NCBI GenBank assembly: GCA_040285855.1
Contig: JAUFOQ010000002.1
Span: 372,001 to 436,000 of the forward strand
Direction of reading: 5' to 3'
Origin: Eukaryota sp. GEM-RC1
Taxonomy: Eukaryota
DNA: 64,000 nt
The position numbers and the translations under genes were made by a program. Positions 13,179 through 24,894 of the stretch are shown one piece after another; position 1 is the stretch's first letter, and each line of letters opens with the position of its first letter. The notes beneath the pieces were generated by a model. That model was not told where the DNA came from. It searched no databases and worked only from the letters and a program-made list of their open reading frames with translations.

Positions 13179-13273
13179 TAGAGTTGTCCAATGACTGGAC
13201 TTTGACTTGACTCAAATGAAAAAAAAATGACTTGACTTGGAAATGACTTGAGTCAAGTCATTGGACAACTCTA
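13179..13273. mobile_element. 95-bp hAT-type mini-MITE
   Basis: Perfect 18-bp TIR TAGAGTTGTCCAATGACT; 8-bp TSD GTTTCGTG/GTTTCGTT (7/8); internal GACTTGA repeats. Confidence 0.85.
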
Positions 13274-13596
13274 GTTTCGTTTAAGCAGTCATCTATTGAC
13301 CTCAGGACCCTGCTGGTATTACCTTTAAAGAAGATAATTCGGATTCTGATGGTATTACGGACCAGATAAGCTATAGTAGAACGTGAACTCTCTTTGAACA
13401 ACTAAACATCAAGCAAATGTACCTTTTTGATGAAGAATGTAATGGAAAATATTCTGAGTGTTTTCATGGGAATCATATTATTAATGATCAGGAGGTTTTC
13501 GTAAGATATACTAGTAGTAGTTATGGTAGATTAAAGTTTAGTGTTACGAGAAACGCACCAAAAATTTTGTGGAAACGTTTCCGAAAAGCATTTTTA

Positions 13597-14100
13597 TAGT
13601 GTTGCACGAAACGTATAAAGATTCCTGTCGAAACGCGCTTCTGTTTCCGAAATGTCATCATTTGATGGTTCTACACCTCAATTTTTCTCCACCAACACTC
13701 TATCTTCGAAAAATTTCGGTTAACTGGTTTGTTTGATTTTTATCAGTTCTTTGTGTGCACTGTGCAGGTGATATACATGTTGTTATGAACTGAATTTTCC
13801 AATGAAATGAAATTGAGAGAGAAAATTGGAGCACCACAAAAGTTGTACTGGTAAGTGTTTTCGGTTATTTTGTTTGCTACCGTGCATAAAAGTTTATTGA
13901 TAACATTCATCTACAGACCATTAAACTTGAAAAACAGAACAAAAATTTCATCAAATTGACAATATTCATCAAGTTTTGGAAACATTTATCGACGTTTCCG
14001 ATGTTTTTCCACTGAGTCATCAACGTTTCTGAAACGGAAACGCCGAAAACGCCGAAACGTTCTTCCAAAACTCTCTCACTATTTTGTAGTATGTCTCAAC
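13597..14100 (+). mobile_element. Probable 5' region of a hAT element (GAAACG repeats), interrupted by the MITE at 14101
   Basis: Starts TAGTGTTGCACGAAACG, with clustered GAAACG/CGTTTC motifs. The sequence resumes after the MITE and leads into a hAT transposase remnant. Confidence 0.45.
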
Positions 14101-14910
14101 CAGGGATTGGAAAAATATATTTATATATATTGTCCACCAACAGCATTTATTGACAAAAAGAGAACTGGAACAATTTGATATTGTTATTGTGAACAACAAA
14201 TAAATATTTATGGACAATATATTGCAATATTGGGAAAAAACGGGGTTTATGATCAGTTAGTGAAATAAATGCATTTGCAGAAGTTAATAGCTAACAGACA
14301 CTAACTAAAGTATCTAAACTACGATTCTTCTGTCCATCACCGAACAACTTACCTATTGGAAAATACAAACATAAAGGAATTTATTTGCAACAACAGTTTT
14401 TTCTACGAGTTGAAAATCCTGCCAATTGTTTTTTCATTCCAGAAAGGAGGATTGTAGACCAAGAACTATTGATTTTCTATGATAAACTGATCTAAAGCAT
14501 GTCAATAACAACCTAAAGTGAGTTTTGTGTGACTGAAAAGCCTCTCAACTTCATTAAAGGGAGGGTGAATGACTGAAAAGTCAATGTAATTCTGAATTGC
14601 TGATGCTTGGAAACAATAAGTTGACAGTCGAAGGCGAATGTAGAACTCATTGTATGGTCTAGTTTAGTTCCCTTATTCTTAAGTAGGCAATGTCTAGTCT
14701 AATGGATACTGTTTTCTCCCACAAAGATTCTATAAAACACTGACGTATCATCTTTTTCACTAACAAGAACCCATCAATATGTTGCAATATATTGAGATTG
14801 TACATGCACCAACAATATGATATTGTTATTGTTTATGTACCAACAATACCATACAGTTATTGTACTTATTGCAATATATTGCAATATCAATATATATTTT
14901 CCAATCCCTG
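14101..14910. mobile_element. Non-autonomous hAT element (810 bp)
   Basis: Perfect 8-bp TSD GTCTCAAC (14093-14100, 14911-14918); TIR CAGGGATTGGAAAA; CAATAT/ATATTG subterminal repeats. Internal 14235-14298 has an inverted partial copy at about 13009-13073. Confidence 0.9.
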
Positions 14911-15012
14911 GTCTCAACGACATTGATGAAGGTTAAATCGTTCAGATTGCAGACAGCGATACCCTTCGTCACTTTTCTCTCCCAATGGCCGATAAAAACA
15001 CTCTAAAGTCAC

Positions 15013-15160
15013 TTGATCACCTTGTGGCGGCGGTCTCTCAAAACTGGATGTTTCCTTGTAATAGATGGATGGACTGATCCTTTTTGTCGTCCACTTATGA
15101 TCTTTAACATTATTACAACTGATGGCGTATTGTTATACGGTTGTATTATAACTACATGTA
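15013..15160 (+). pseudogene. hAT transposase fragment (first catalytic Asp region)
   Basis: GCFLVIDGWTDPFCRPLMIFNIITTDGVLLYG resembles the DGW(T)D...RPL motif of hAT transposases. It is truncated by the following retroelement. Confidence 0.65.
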
Positions 15161-16125
15161 TTGCAAAATTTAAAGATGATCATGTTATTTCTTTAAAAAA
15201 TATTTCTTCTCTGCCGTCTGCTGTATGTAAGCTGCAAAATAAATTGACAAGGAGCTTGAACTCTTGGACTTTAATAATCATATTAGCTTGGCTAAAACTA
15301 ATAGTCCCGAGTTCGCTGCTTTTGTAATTGACCTTTGTAATAGTGGACCTTCTGGATGTATTTCTCAAATTCCTAAGATGTTTGGATTACATCTATCTGA
15401 TGAAGCTTGGATGATTAATTTGCGTCTTCGTTTGGCTATTTGGCCATTTTATTGTATTTATTTGTTAAACTTGTCAAATTGCTTTTGTGGTGCTAATGAT
15501 GTTTTTCGTCATTTAATTAATTGTCGTTAGTTTATTCATCTACGTGCAGTAATTCATAATGGTGTACGTGATTCTTGTTATTCCATGTTTAAAGCACATG
15601 GTTTTCATTCAAAAATTTAACCAGTTTTGAATCTCTTTCAGAAAATGAATTTACTGATCAACAAAGAGGGGATCTTCATTCTCCGTGGCTTAAATCGAGT
15701 CAATCATTAATGGATTTTACTGTAGTAGATGTTTGTAACAAATCTTGTGTTAGTAGGATATTAGATAATTCCTTTAATCCGCTAACAGCTGCTGAAAAGC
15801 TCAAACACTCCAAGTATGACTCTCAAGTAGAAGAATTAAATCGAAAATCTTATTCCAAATTTGTGTTTCAACCTTTTGCTGTTTCTCTTTTTGGATCGAT
15901 TAGTCCTGCTGGTGATCAATTTTTCAAGGATTTCTAAGAACTGTGTTAAGAAAAGAAGCGTAAGTTCAGAATGGCTGAATGGAAAAACCGTATAGTGTTT
16001 TCCATATATCGGAATATGCCTTTCTATTTCTCTCGATTAATTGAGAAATTGTACAAGTTTGGTGTGAAGGTTAATGTTGAAATACGTAATCTTTTACCGG
16101 GTGGTGATGAAGTCGTTTGGATTTA
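15160..16125 (+). mobile_element. RLE-type (CRE-like) retrotransposon 3' fragment, distinct subfamily
   Basis: LSDEAWMINLRLRL, CFCG...HLINC, HNGVRD, RGDL, DFTVVDVC, AAEKLKHSKY and FQPFAVSLFGSI; in-frame stops. Confidence 0.8.
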
Positions 16126-16286
16126 GTTTTAGTATTATTTGTTTTTTTCACAATTTCATAGTTTTGTAGGAAGTTTATTGGGTACCGAATAAAGTCATTA
16201 GATGGAGTGATAAAATTATGCAATACATATTAACATTAATAATTTATTGGAGCCGTAAAGTACAAAAACATACAGTGAAAATAAAA

Positions 16287-17599
16287 TCAAGGAATACTAC
16301 CTGGATAAGTAGGTTGAATAGGTGGAGGCTGAACCCCTTTAGGATCTGACGGAAGTGAATTACTGGCATTATTATACTCATTAACAGACGAATGCTTCTT
16401 GTATTCGATCATACATGAGAAGACAGCTCCAACAATACCAAGGGCAAGCAACAGAACACCAAGAACCCGGGTAGAACCTCCCGTCGCTGCATCTACGACT
16501 TCAACATACAACACACGACTACTTGGAGAGGATGGTGTTACAACAAAGACCTTCTGTCCATCAGGGATATCAATTCGACAATCAGCAAGAGAACAACTCA
16601 GTTCCGTACAGGAGGAAAGGTCGTGTAAATAGTAGGTGAAATCAAAGTAAGCGTAAAGATCAAATGCAAGATGGTGGTGATTTTCAAATCTGAAGTGAGA
16701 GTAAAATTAAATAACCATACGTGAACCAAAAGTAGTCATTATTTTTAACATTGTGTACGCATCCACCTGAGTTACAGTTATCCCATTCTTGTTCATCAAC
16801 AAGAGCTCCCTGAGTCCACGAATTCCAAGCAGTACGACCTTTTACTGCTTCGAGGGAAACTCTAGACCACCAACTCGACTGATGACTCATAAAAACTTGT
16901 GTTTTTTCATGAAGAAATATATTGTAGTAGATGTATCCATCGATTTCAACACGATTAGTAAAAGACTGGGTATTATAGTGTGGCACAGTACCGAGAGTAG
17001 GTTCATTAGGACAGAGATAAGCAGTACCCGTAATAGCGTTTGAGATACGAACAAATTGGCGTGCATTAAAAGTTCCAGAAACATCAAAAGTAGTTTCAGG
17101 CAAAAGAGGGACAGTGTGATTTCTTACTGAATCGGATGGAGTGTTAAACATAAATACAAGCCCGAGAAGAATCAGAATAGTCACACAAAAGGTTAATGTC
17201 GAGACCTCCTTATATTCGGTATACTCATTTCCATTAGCATCGTGGCGTTTCATAGGTACTCTCATAGTAGGTCCTCCTCGTCTAAAGGAGTTACGACCAC
17301 CCGATCCACGAGGTCTTGAAGATCCACGATTGTTTCCAGATCGACGGAAACTGAAGCGGCCACGGGAGCCACGAGAGCTGCTTCCACCACGGGAACTACT
17401 TCGACTGACTGCAGTACTGTTGCGATCTTGTGTTGAGGCGGGTCGAGAGTTCGAACGACGTTTAAAGAAGCCACGGGACTTAGGAGCTGCTCCCCGACCT
17501 CTACCTCCTCCTCTTGAGGTGTTATTCGTATTACGGTTTCTTCTACTTCCAGATCCTGTACTGAGCAAAACAGGAAATCAACATACCAACGATCGGCAT
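16287..17599 (-). CDS. RG-rich two-TM membrane protein, copy B; exons 17599-17587, 17555-16721, 16689-16287
   Basis: 31-nt introns 17556-17586 and 16690-16720 sit at the same positions as in copy A and give a continuous frame from MPIVGSGSRR to PTYPGSIP. Confidence 0.82.
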
Positions 17600-19063
17600 T
17601 GCACAAGAATTCTCAGGAACTATTTTTGGTTTTCGACAAGTGATCCAAACACGTGTGTAGGATTCCAGAGTTTGAAACCCAATTGGTAAAGACCACCTTG
17701 AATCTTTACTGCACTGCACTGCAGTGTTCTCTAACAAAGTACTTCTCTTTAACATCATCTCTGTCATGTGATGAAGGATTGTGATTAAGTTATTTGTTAT
17801 AGATCGAGTTTTCGGACAGAGAGGATCAATTTCACACAGCATTATCCAAATGGAACTGTAGAGGCAACGGTACCCTAATCTGTGAATATAACAACAATCA
17901 AGAAACCTTTATTGTACCACCTACTATCTAAAGGATGACTTGTCTGTTGGCGTCCGACTACTTCTTCTCCTACATATACAAAGGCAATCACTGGAAAGGA
18001 ATATCTGAATTACTCTCGTGATGTGCAATCTACCCGTCTCCGTGGATAACTTTGATATGTTTGGAACTCTAACAATGACCCAGACACCTTCCAGGCAGGT
18101 TTTGGTATTCCAGACAACTTCTTGAGATCCAGGAATGTCAATCATACAATCACGTCGAGATTAATCGAAGACCTGACCAAGGGACATTCTGCCGCTTCAG
18201 TGATTGAGTTCTAAGGTAACACCAGCAAGAGATGTATTGCGGTGCTTGACTGCAACATTCCCTAGGACGACGAAAGTGCAAGATCCTCAGTTTCCATGTC
18301 AACGTGCTCTGATCTGCGCGACCTTTGTCCAATTCTGATAGGAACGAAGTACCCAGATTAGTGGAAGATTCATCGATTCAGTATATAAACACTCTATAAA
18401 ATGTGTGGGGTGAAGACAAGGTTTGTAGAAAGTGGTTGATGTGTATGATAAGGATACTTCCAGTGGTAAGTGAATAAGGACGAGAACTCAAATGATCTAA
18501 AGATCACTATTTCATGACATCACATGCGGACCTTCCCATTCAAAGCTATATGTAACATGCTTAGAACTTCAACATTGTGCCAGACCTGTTTGGAATGACC
18601 ACCGATAAGTCTCACTCGACATCCCAATACCACTCTAGACTCTCTATGCACTCCTTGAAGTAACTAACGATGGGCTACCCTACTGATGAATACAGTAGGG
18701 TAGCAATCTTCACAAATGGAAAGGGTATCAATATCATCGTTCTAATAGTACAATCTTATGTAGCTCTCTGAATCAAGACAATTTGTTTGTTGTAAAACTT
18801 GTTTCATTGAAAACTTGTTTGATACAATGAGTGCTTGTTTGTTGTAGATCTCTGGGTTTGATCTGTTGTTGAGCTATAAAAGAAGGAACACTTTCTGTAT
18901 TAGTGAATTGTCTATGAAAGCACCGCAAATAAAAGTTTCCACCAAGAACCAAAAACGGTACTGTGTTTATGGCTTATATCTGGTCTTATCAACGGATGTG
19001 CAGAATGGTTTAGAATTGTCTAGAATGGAGAATAAATTTAGGATTAATATACAAAACTGAACC

Positions 19064-19679
19064 TTAAACTTCAGGATCCCATGCAGGAACGGTATTGGTC
19101 CTTTCGATGTTGGACTCATTGCCTTGGTGTATTGAGTCAGACTGCTTAGAATCGGTACTATTGATTGAGTCAAATTTGCCCTTCTCTAATAGATACGAGA
19201 AACCACACAATAAAGCGGAAATAATTAGGATCCAAATGGCAGTTCCAACATTACCAGCAAATAGAAGTGATACGGCAATGAATAGAAGAATAACACCACA
19301 ACACGATAGTGAAGAAAGATGAACCACATTGACTTCTGGTTCCTCTTCTGAACCTTCTTCAACGGCCTGTTTGAGTGGAATTGCAAAGGCAGGGCCACCT
19401 CGATTCCAAGGTCTACTTTGGACAGAGATGTCAGAAAGCTTGAATTCGCCAGGTCCTGAGTCGGATTTTTCAGTGACAGTAAATTGAGAGTTATCGTGGG
19501 AGCTTGATCCGCGTGAACCTCTGCTACTTCCACGTCCTCTTCCACGTCCTCTTCCTCTTCCTACGGTGGATGAAGACGAAAGCCCATACCTCTGGTCATC
19601 GAAAGTAAAAAACTGAATTTGATTCGCTAATTTCTTTTCAAGAAGAACCTATGAAGTCATCAAACAATAACTATACCAT
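19064..19679 (-). CDS. Short RG-rich two-TM protein (about 195 aa), family member lacking the luminal domain
   Basis: ATG, then a 28-nt intron (19649-19676), then an open frame through GRGRGRGRGRGSSRGSRG, RGGPAFAIPLK and SSLSCCGVILLF. Hairpin of two TM helices. Confidence 0.7.
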
Positions 19680-20152
19680 GATTGAAGAATGATAAACGCC
19701 GAAGGAATGTAGCATCCTGTGAACCCATCTGGTATCTTGCTTACCAGAGTTTGTTACTAAAGAAGATGTGTAAGATGACTAGGTTTAGCACTTTGATTCA
19801 ACATATGATCTTCAGTTCTCCTCCGATTCATCGGGCAATTCCAAGCAGGAATTACTGTACAAGATTGGAGTTAGCACCTAGTATCCATTTGATTAGAAAC
19901 AAAACACAATTGACCATGTATATAGTTAATGTACGATCGAAAAAGTATAATCATACTATAAGGACACATTTAACTAATGTTAACGTAAGATGTCCTTGAA
20001 AAGAACAGCTGAATGAACAGTCTTCGAGTAAAGAGGGTGTAAATCAAGAGGTTCATTTTCCCCACAAGCAGCAGTCAAAGTCTCTTTCAGATTAAAGAAA
20101 AACAGGTTAAAGAGTCAACCACGAAAATTCTTATCACCTTGACCTACTACAA

Positions 20153-20647
20153 ATGACCACCCTTCCACCAGTCCCAGATGTTACTCCTGATTTAGCATCG
20201 CTTTCTCCTGCCGAGCTTCAGTCTCTTGTATCTGATGAGAATGCGTTTTCTCAGTTTATTGAGAATCATCCCTACAACCGTCAACTCCAAACAATTCTTG
20301 ACAGTGTGACAGAGAACAACCACAAAGCAGCCTCACACATACTTAGCCAGGAACCCATAGTTTCTAAACTTCAACAAGAGTTGACACAGCTCCGTGCAGA
20401 ACATGACGGGTTATACAGTAAGTACCGAGACCTTGCTGCTCAAATTCGTTCCAAGTATGGTGCCTCTGCTGATAAATCTCAAGTTAAACGTCAACTTGAA
20501 CAAGAACTTGCTGATGCTGCAACTGAAACAGACTCTATAGATATGAAGTTTGCTGATGGAGATATCTCTCTTGCAGATTATCTTAAGCTTGGACTTGAAG
20601 CACACAAAAAAGCAACTACAATAAGGCTAAAAATGGGTTCGTTGTAG
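20153..20647 (+). CDS. VPS37: ESCRT-I subunit VPS37 (Mod(r) domain)
   Basis: LASLSPAELQSLVSDE, a coiled coil, and C-terminal TETDSIDMKFADGDISLADYLK; 164 aa. Confidence 0.75.
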   Translation: MTTLPPVPDVTPDLASLSPAELQSLVSDENAFSQFIENHPYNRQLQTILDSVTENNHKAASHILSQEPIVSKLQQELTQLRAEHDGLYSKYRDLAAQIRSKYGASADKSQVKRQLEQELADAATETDSIDMKFADGDISLADYLKLGLEAHKKATTIRLKMGSL

Positions 20648-21229
20648 TTGTAGATTTTGTAAATAAACACACTTTTTGATCTTTGTGTCATACATAGTTG
20701 TGATATTTGATCTAGAAAATGTCCGATTAATACAGTTGTATAATTCAAAAGGGTGCGTTCCTTACTTACCTACTTAGTTTCTTGGATTATTGTGTATATT
20801 TGTTGATACAACAAATGATGTAGTGATTGTTGTGGTTACCCAAATTGAAGAAATTGATGTAGGTACTTACTAGCAATTTTTCGGTTTCATGCTGGAGGTA
20901 CATATTTCCATACCAATTCTGTAACTGTCACATTAACTTCGTCTATCACAGCCCCCTGGATGAAAAAAATTGAGAAGATTAGAAAAGTGAATCTACTCTA
21001 TAATTACTACATTAGATCCAATAGAGATTCCTCATAATTGAAATCTTAGTTGAGGGCGAATATTGTTTTGATCATACATTTCCTTCTGCATCAACATCTT
21101 TGAACATTGTGTCGAAGAATTTGTTCAAAAGTTTGAGAATGTTGGAATCCATGTGGTCGAAGTGTAAAATGATTTTGAAAAAATTGATTTTCCGTCAGTT
21201 TGCATTATGAAGACGAAGCTTCAGCAAGG

Positions 21230-21800
21230 AATCTTGCTTTGATGGCATTGAGTTTTAGACTCTATATTTCATTACATCTGCCATAAAAACTTAATACAGA
21301 AACAAATTATTGGAATAACGAAAAACATAATAAATTTTATGGTAAACGGTCAGCAGATCTTGTTGTCCCTACTTCGTCAGACATATTGTATGTTGTCAAT
21401 GTCGTGTCTGTGGATGTTTGTAAAAAGACATCTTTAAAGAACGCACTTTCTGAAACTTCCACTTTCCCAAACAGGATAAGTACAAAAATCGATTAATGGC
21501 TCTACTACATGGAACACATGTTGAATACCAATTATGCCCCTTCTGATGTTTCCAATTTACGGAAGTTTAGGAAAAAGTGCATTGAATTGTTTAAACGATT
21601 TCGGAAAAATCGTTAAAAATAGGATGAACTAACGTTTTTGATCATATGTTATGGTTGAATTGTATCGTTTTTACTGTTTTTAAAACAATTACATCATCTC
21701 CAAAGCTTTATTAGCAGTGAGTTCCTGTTATGAGGACAAAGCTGTTGTAAGGTTTAATAGCGATGGGTGTTGTTTTAATGATATCAAATTTTAGTTGTTT
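21230..21800 (+). mobile_element. RLE-type retrotransposon 3' fragment
   Basis: GKRSADLVVP..YVVNVVSVDVCKK; nearly collinear with the more intact copy at 60925-61375(-). Confidence 0.75.
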
Positions 21801-21868
21801 ACTCTAGTACAAATGGAATAAATATAAACGTTCCTAAAATAATTTAATTTTAATTCAAAAACACTAAA

Positions 21869-24844
21869 CTAAATCTGCTTCCATCCTTCTCCAAAACCTT
21901 GACTCTTCTTCTTCTTTTTCTCAGCAATCCGCTTCAACACCTCCTCTTGAGCAGAAAGTCCACTGGTTTCGGAAGTTGGTGGTTGTTCTGGCTGAGTTTC
22001 TGGTGGTGGCAGAACTGCTTGTACTTGAGATCTCTCAGCTTTTCTCTTGTTTATTAGCTCCATCATTTCCGCTTTCTTCCTCTCAGCTTCACTTTCATCA
22101 ACTGCTCCCACTTCAAAGGTAGTTCTAGCAACTGGTTCAAAAGGAGGAACTCGGGGGCAGCTGCTGCTCGTTCTTTCTGAATCTTTCTCATACGAAGTAC
22201 CTCAGCTTGTAGTTCTTCTACAGACTTCTCAGCCACGACAGGAACTTCAACAGGAACAGCGGGAGCTACTAATTTGCTTGCTTCTTTCTCTTGTCTTCTT
22301 TTTGCCAATCTAGCCATAATGTCATCCTGAACATCAACTTCACCCACAGGTTCAGGTCTTCTGAACATATCTCCCTCATCTTCAACAGGAATCGAAGAAA
22401 CAAGAGGAGCCGCCGCTTTAACTTCTTTCTCTTGTCTTCTTTTTGCCAACAACGCCTTCACCTCATCCTGAACATCAACTTCAGGCTCCATTGGACCTAG
22501 AGACGATTCAGGTCTTCTAAACATATCTCCCTCACTAACAACAGATGCATAAGGAATAGGCTCTGATACTCTTGGTGTAACACCAGCCTTAGGGAGAGCT
22601 CTGCCCTTTCTAGTTTCCATCAATTTAGCCATAACTTCACTAACATTCCTAGCTGCGGCTTCCTCGTCAAGTTTCTCAACGACTCCTTCCTCAGCAACCT
22701 TGTACTCTTCCTCTTCTGCTTCTTTCTGTTGCTGGAGCTGTTCAAAGGTAGGTGCAGCTGCTTTAGACTTGGACTTCAACATCATCACTTCCTCTCTAAT
22801 TCTCTCAGCTTCTTGCTCATCAATCTCTCCTTGTTCAATGAACTCCTCTTGTTCCTCAACTTCTTCCACCAACAGTCCAGCTTCACGTTGATCCTCTCTA
22901 ATCTTAGCCAATAGCTCACTGGCTTGATCATGAACAGCTGCAAGACGATGTTTCTCAGCAACAGCAACTTCCCAATCAGCGTAATGCTTAGCCTTGGCTT
23001 CTTCTACATACTCCATGAACTTTTGACGAGCATCTGCTGCCATACGTTCTTGTTCAGCTTTTCTCATTGAGATTTCCTCTCTTCTGATAGCACGTTCCAC
23101 CCAATCACGATGACGTACCATTCGATCAAGTTTCCGATCTCTAACTTCTGCGATTTTGACAAGTTCAATTCGTTTCTGGTGTTCTTGGAGAAGTTTTTCT
23201 TCTCGTTTCATAGCTTCAGCTTTTTTCTTGGCTTCCCGCTCCATCTCTCTCTTGTATTGCTCTTTACGAACTCTTTCCTCTTCAGCCTTGGCGATTTCTG
23301 CTTGACGGTCAAGTTCTTGCTTGTAATGTTCAAGCTGACGTTGTTCGTTGAGCTCTTCGATAGCTTGCTGACGTTCTGTGACTAAACGACGACGAGTGAG
23401 GTAAGCTTGGTGTTCTTGATCTTGGTCTGCAAGAACTTTCTCATATAAAACATTGTGGTTTTCCAAATTAACAGATTTTTTAATTCTGTAACTAAATCGG
23501 GATAGCTTGTTTAAAACTTCAGTAGAATCAGCTAACTTGTGATTGATTATTGAAGAAGATGAAACCTTTGCAGTTTTTGAAATAAAATCAAATTTGAGAG
23601 TTTTACGAATTTCAGAAGAATTTGAAAGGAAAAACAAAAGCTGTTGAGGAAGATCTTTCTCAGAAACATTTAGAATTGATGCGAGCTTTTTAAATGAAAC
23701 TTCAGAGTAAACCATGGAAATTCGTTCAAAGATAGAAGTCCATACGAATAACAACAGCTCTTTGCCCATGTCAGTTCCAATGAAAAAGTCAATAAAAGGC
23801 TTTAAAGTAACAGCAACGTCAAATAGTTCAACTGATTGAGGATTTTTCAAATATTTGAAAAATTGTTGACCAGATGAGTCAGCACTTGGCAACACCTTCT
23901 TTTCTAAAACACGTTGAAACACTTCATAATCAACATTACCAATAGGTGCCCCTAAAATCTTAACAAAGAGCTTTCCCAAAGCAATATCGTGAGACTTTTG
24001 ACTGAGGTCAACTGAATTCTTAGAGAAAAGAGACAGTGATGACGAGGCAATGACGCGATTGGCCAGCAGAGTCAATTCATCGCCTTCAAGATAGTTAGCT
24101 AACTTAATCCCAACGTAGACAAAGAATCTAAAATTCTTGGTGACCCAAAAGATTTGAGAAACTAGTTGAAGAAAGTGTTTGAGATCAAAGAGCTCACAGA
24201 TTGATCCAGTTTTAGTGATGTTGACGAGACGACACGTGTCCTGTACTGTTCGGATTCCTTCCTGTAACTGATTCATTTTGAAGCAATAATCGAGCTGGAT
24301 GACTCTAGACTTGATGTGACTGACAACAACGTTCTTCTCGTGTACAGCTTCGTCCTCCCCCATTAAGATGGGCTTGGAGTGGGTGCGGAAGAGTTCACAG
24401 AATTGTTTGAACTCGGGAACAAGGTTGTGGTTGAGGCAGAATTGGTAGGCGTGGGATACGAGGTCAATGTAGATGGTGCTAGCGGGGACGGCATTGCGAA
24501 GGACATCGAAGCAGGATCTGAAGAGATCGATTTGAACGGAGTAATCGGTAGTGGTAAGAGATTCAATGCGGATGATGACCTGTTGGATGGTAGACTCAAG
24601 AGGAGCGTAAGGAGAATGAAAATTGAGTGATCGAGCAATGTCAGGCATATGGATGGAACCACAAACAAAGCGGAGTTTGTTGAGTGCTTCACGTAGTAAG
24701 CGAGGCTTGTGAAGATCAATGGTGTGATTGACTAACTCATTCACAGCTAGATCGAACTCAGTTGAGAACTTACGGTGTTTCAGTAGTTTTGACAGGTCTT
24801 CGTGGACTGATATTAGTGGTTAGGTTGAGATACATACTGTCCAT
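21869..24844 (-). CDS. eIF3a: Translation initiation factor eIF3 subunit A
   Basis: 893-aa ORF with EFKQFCELFRTH, EHQAYLTRRRLV and DWVERAIRREEI plus a long charged helix. ATG at 24844 with a 31-nt intron (24807-24837). A missing base in a G5 run near 22153-22157 joins the 21869..22111 frame. Confidence 0.8.
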
Positions 24845-24894
24845 GATTTAAAGTGGCCTTGAGAAAAAGTTCTCTTAATCGTTTTTGTCACTAA

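Noticed and set aside
17141..17689. Long plus-strand ORFs 17141..17689 and 8401..8709
   Set aside because: They are antisense shadows of the RG-rich minus-strand genes.
17860..18660. Possible degraded LRR-type gene
   Set aside because: Only short broken frames; no family can be supported by eye.
19563..19589. Second GTATGG...TAG intron in the 19-kb gene
   Set aside because: Splicing it shifts the frame into a stop, whereas reading through keeps the RG tract and TM region in frame.
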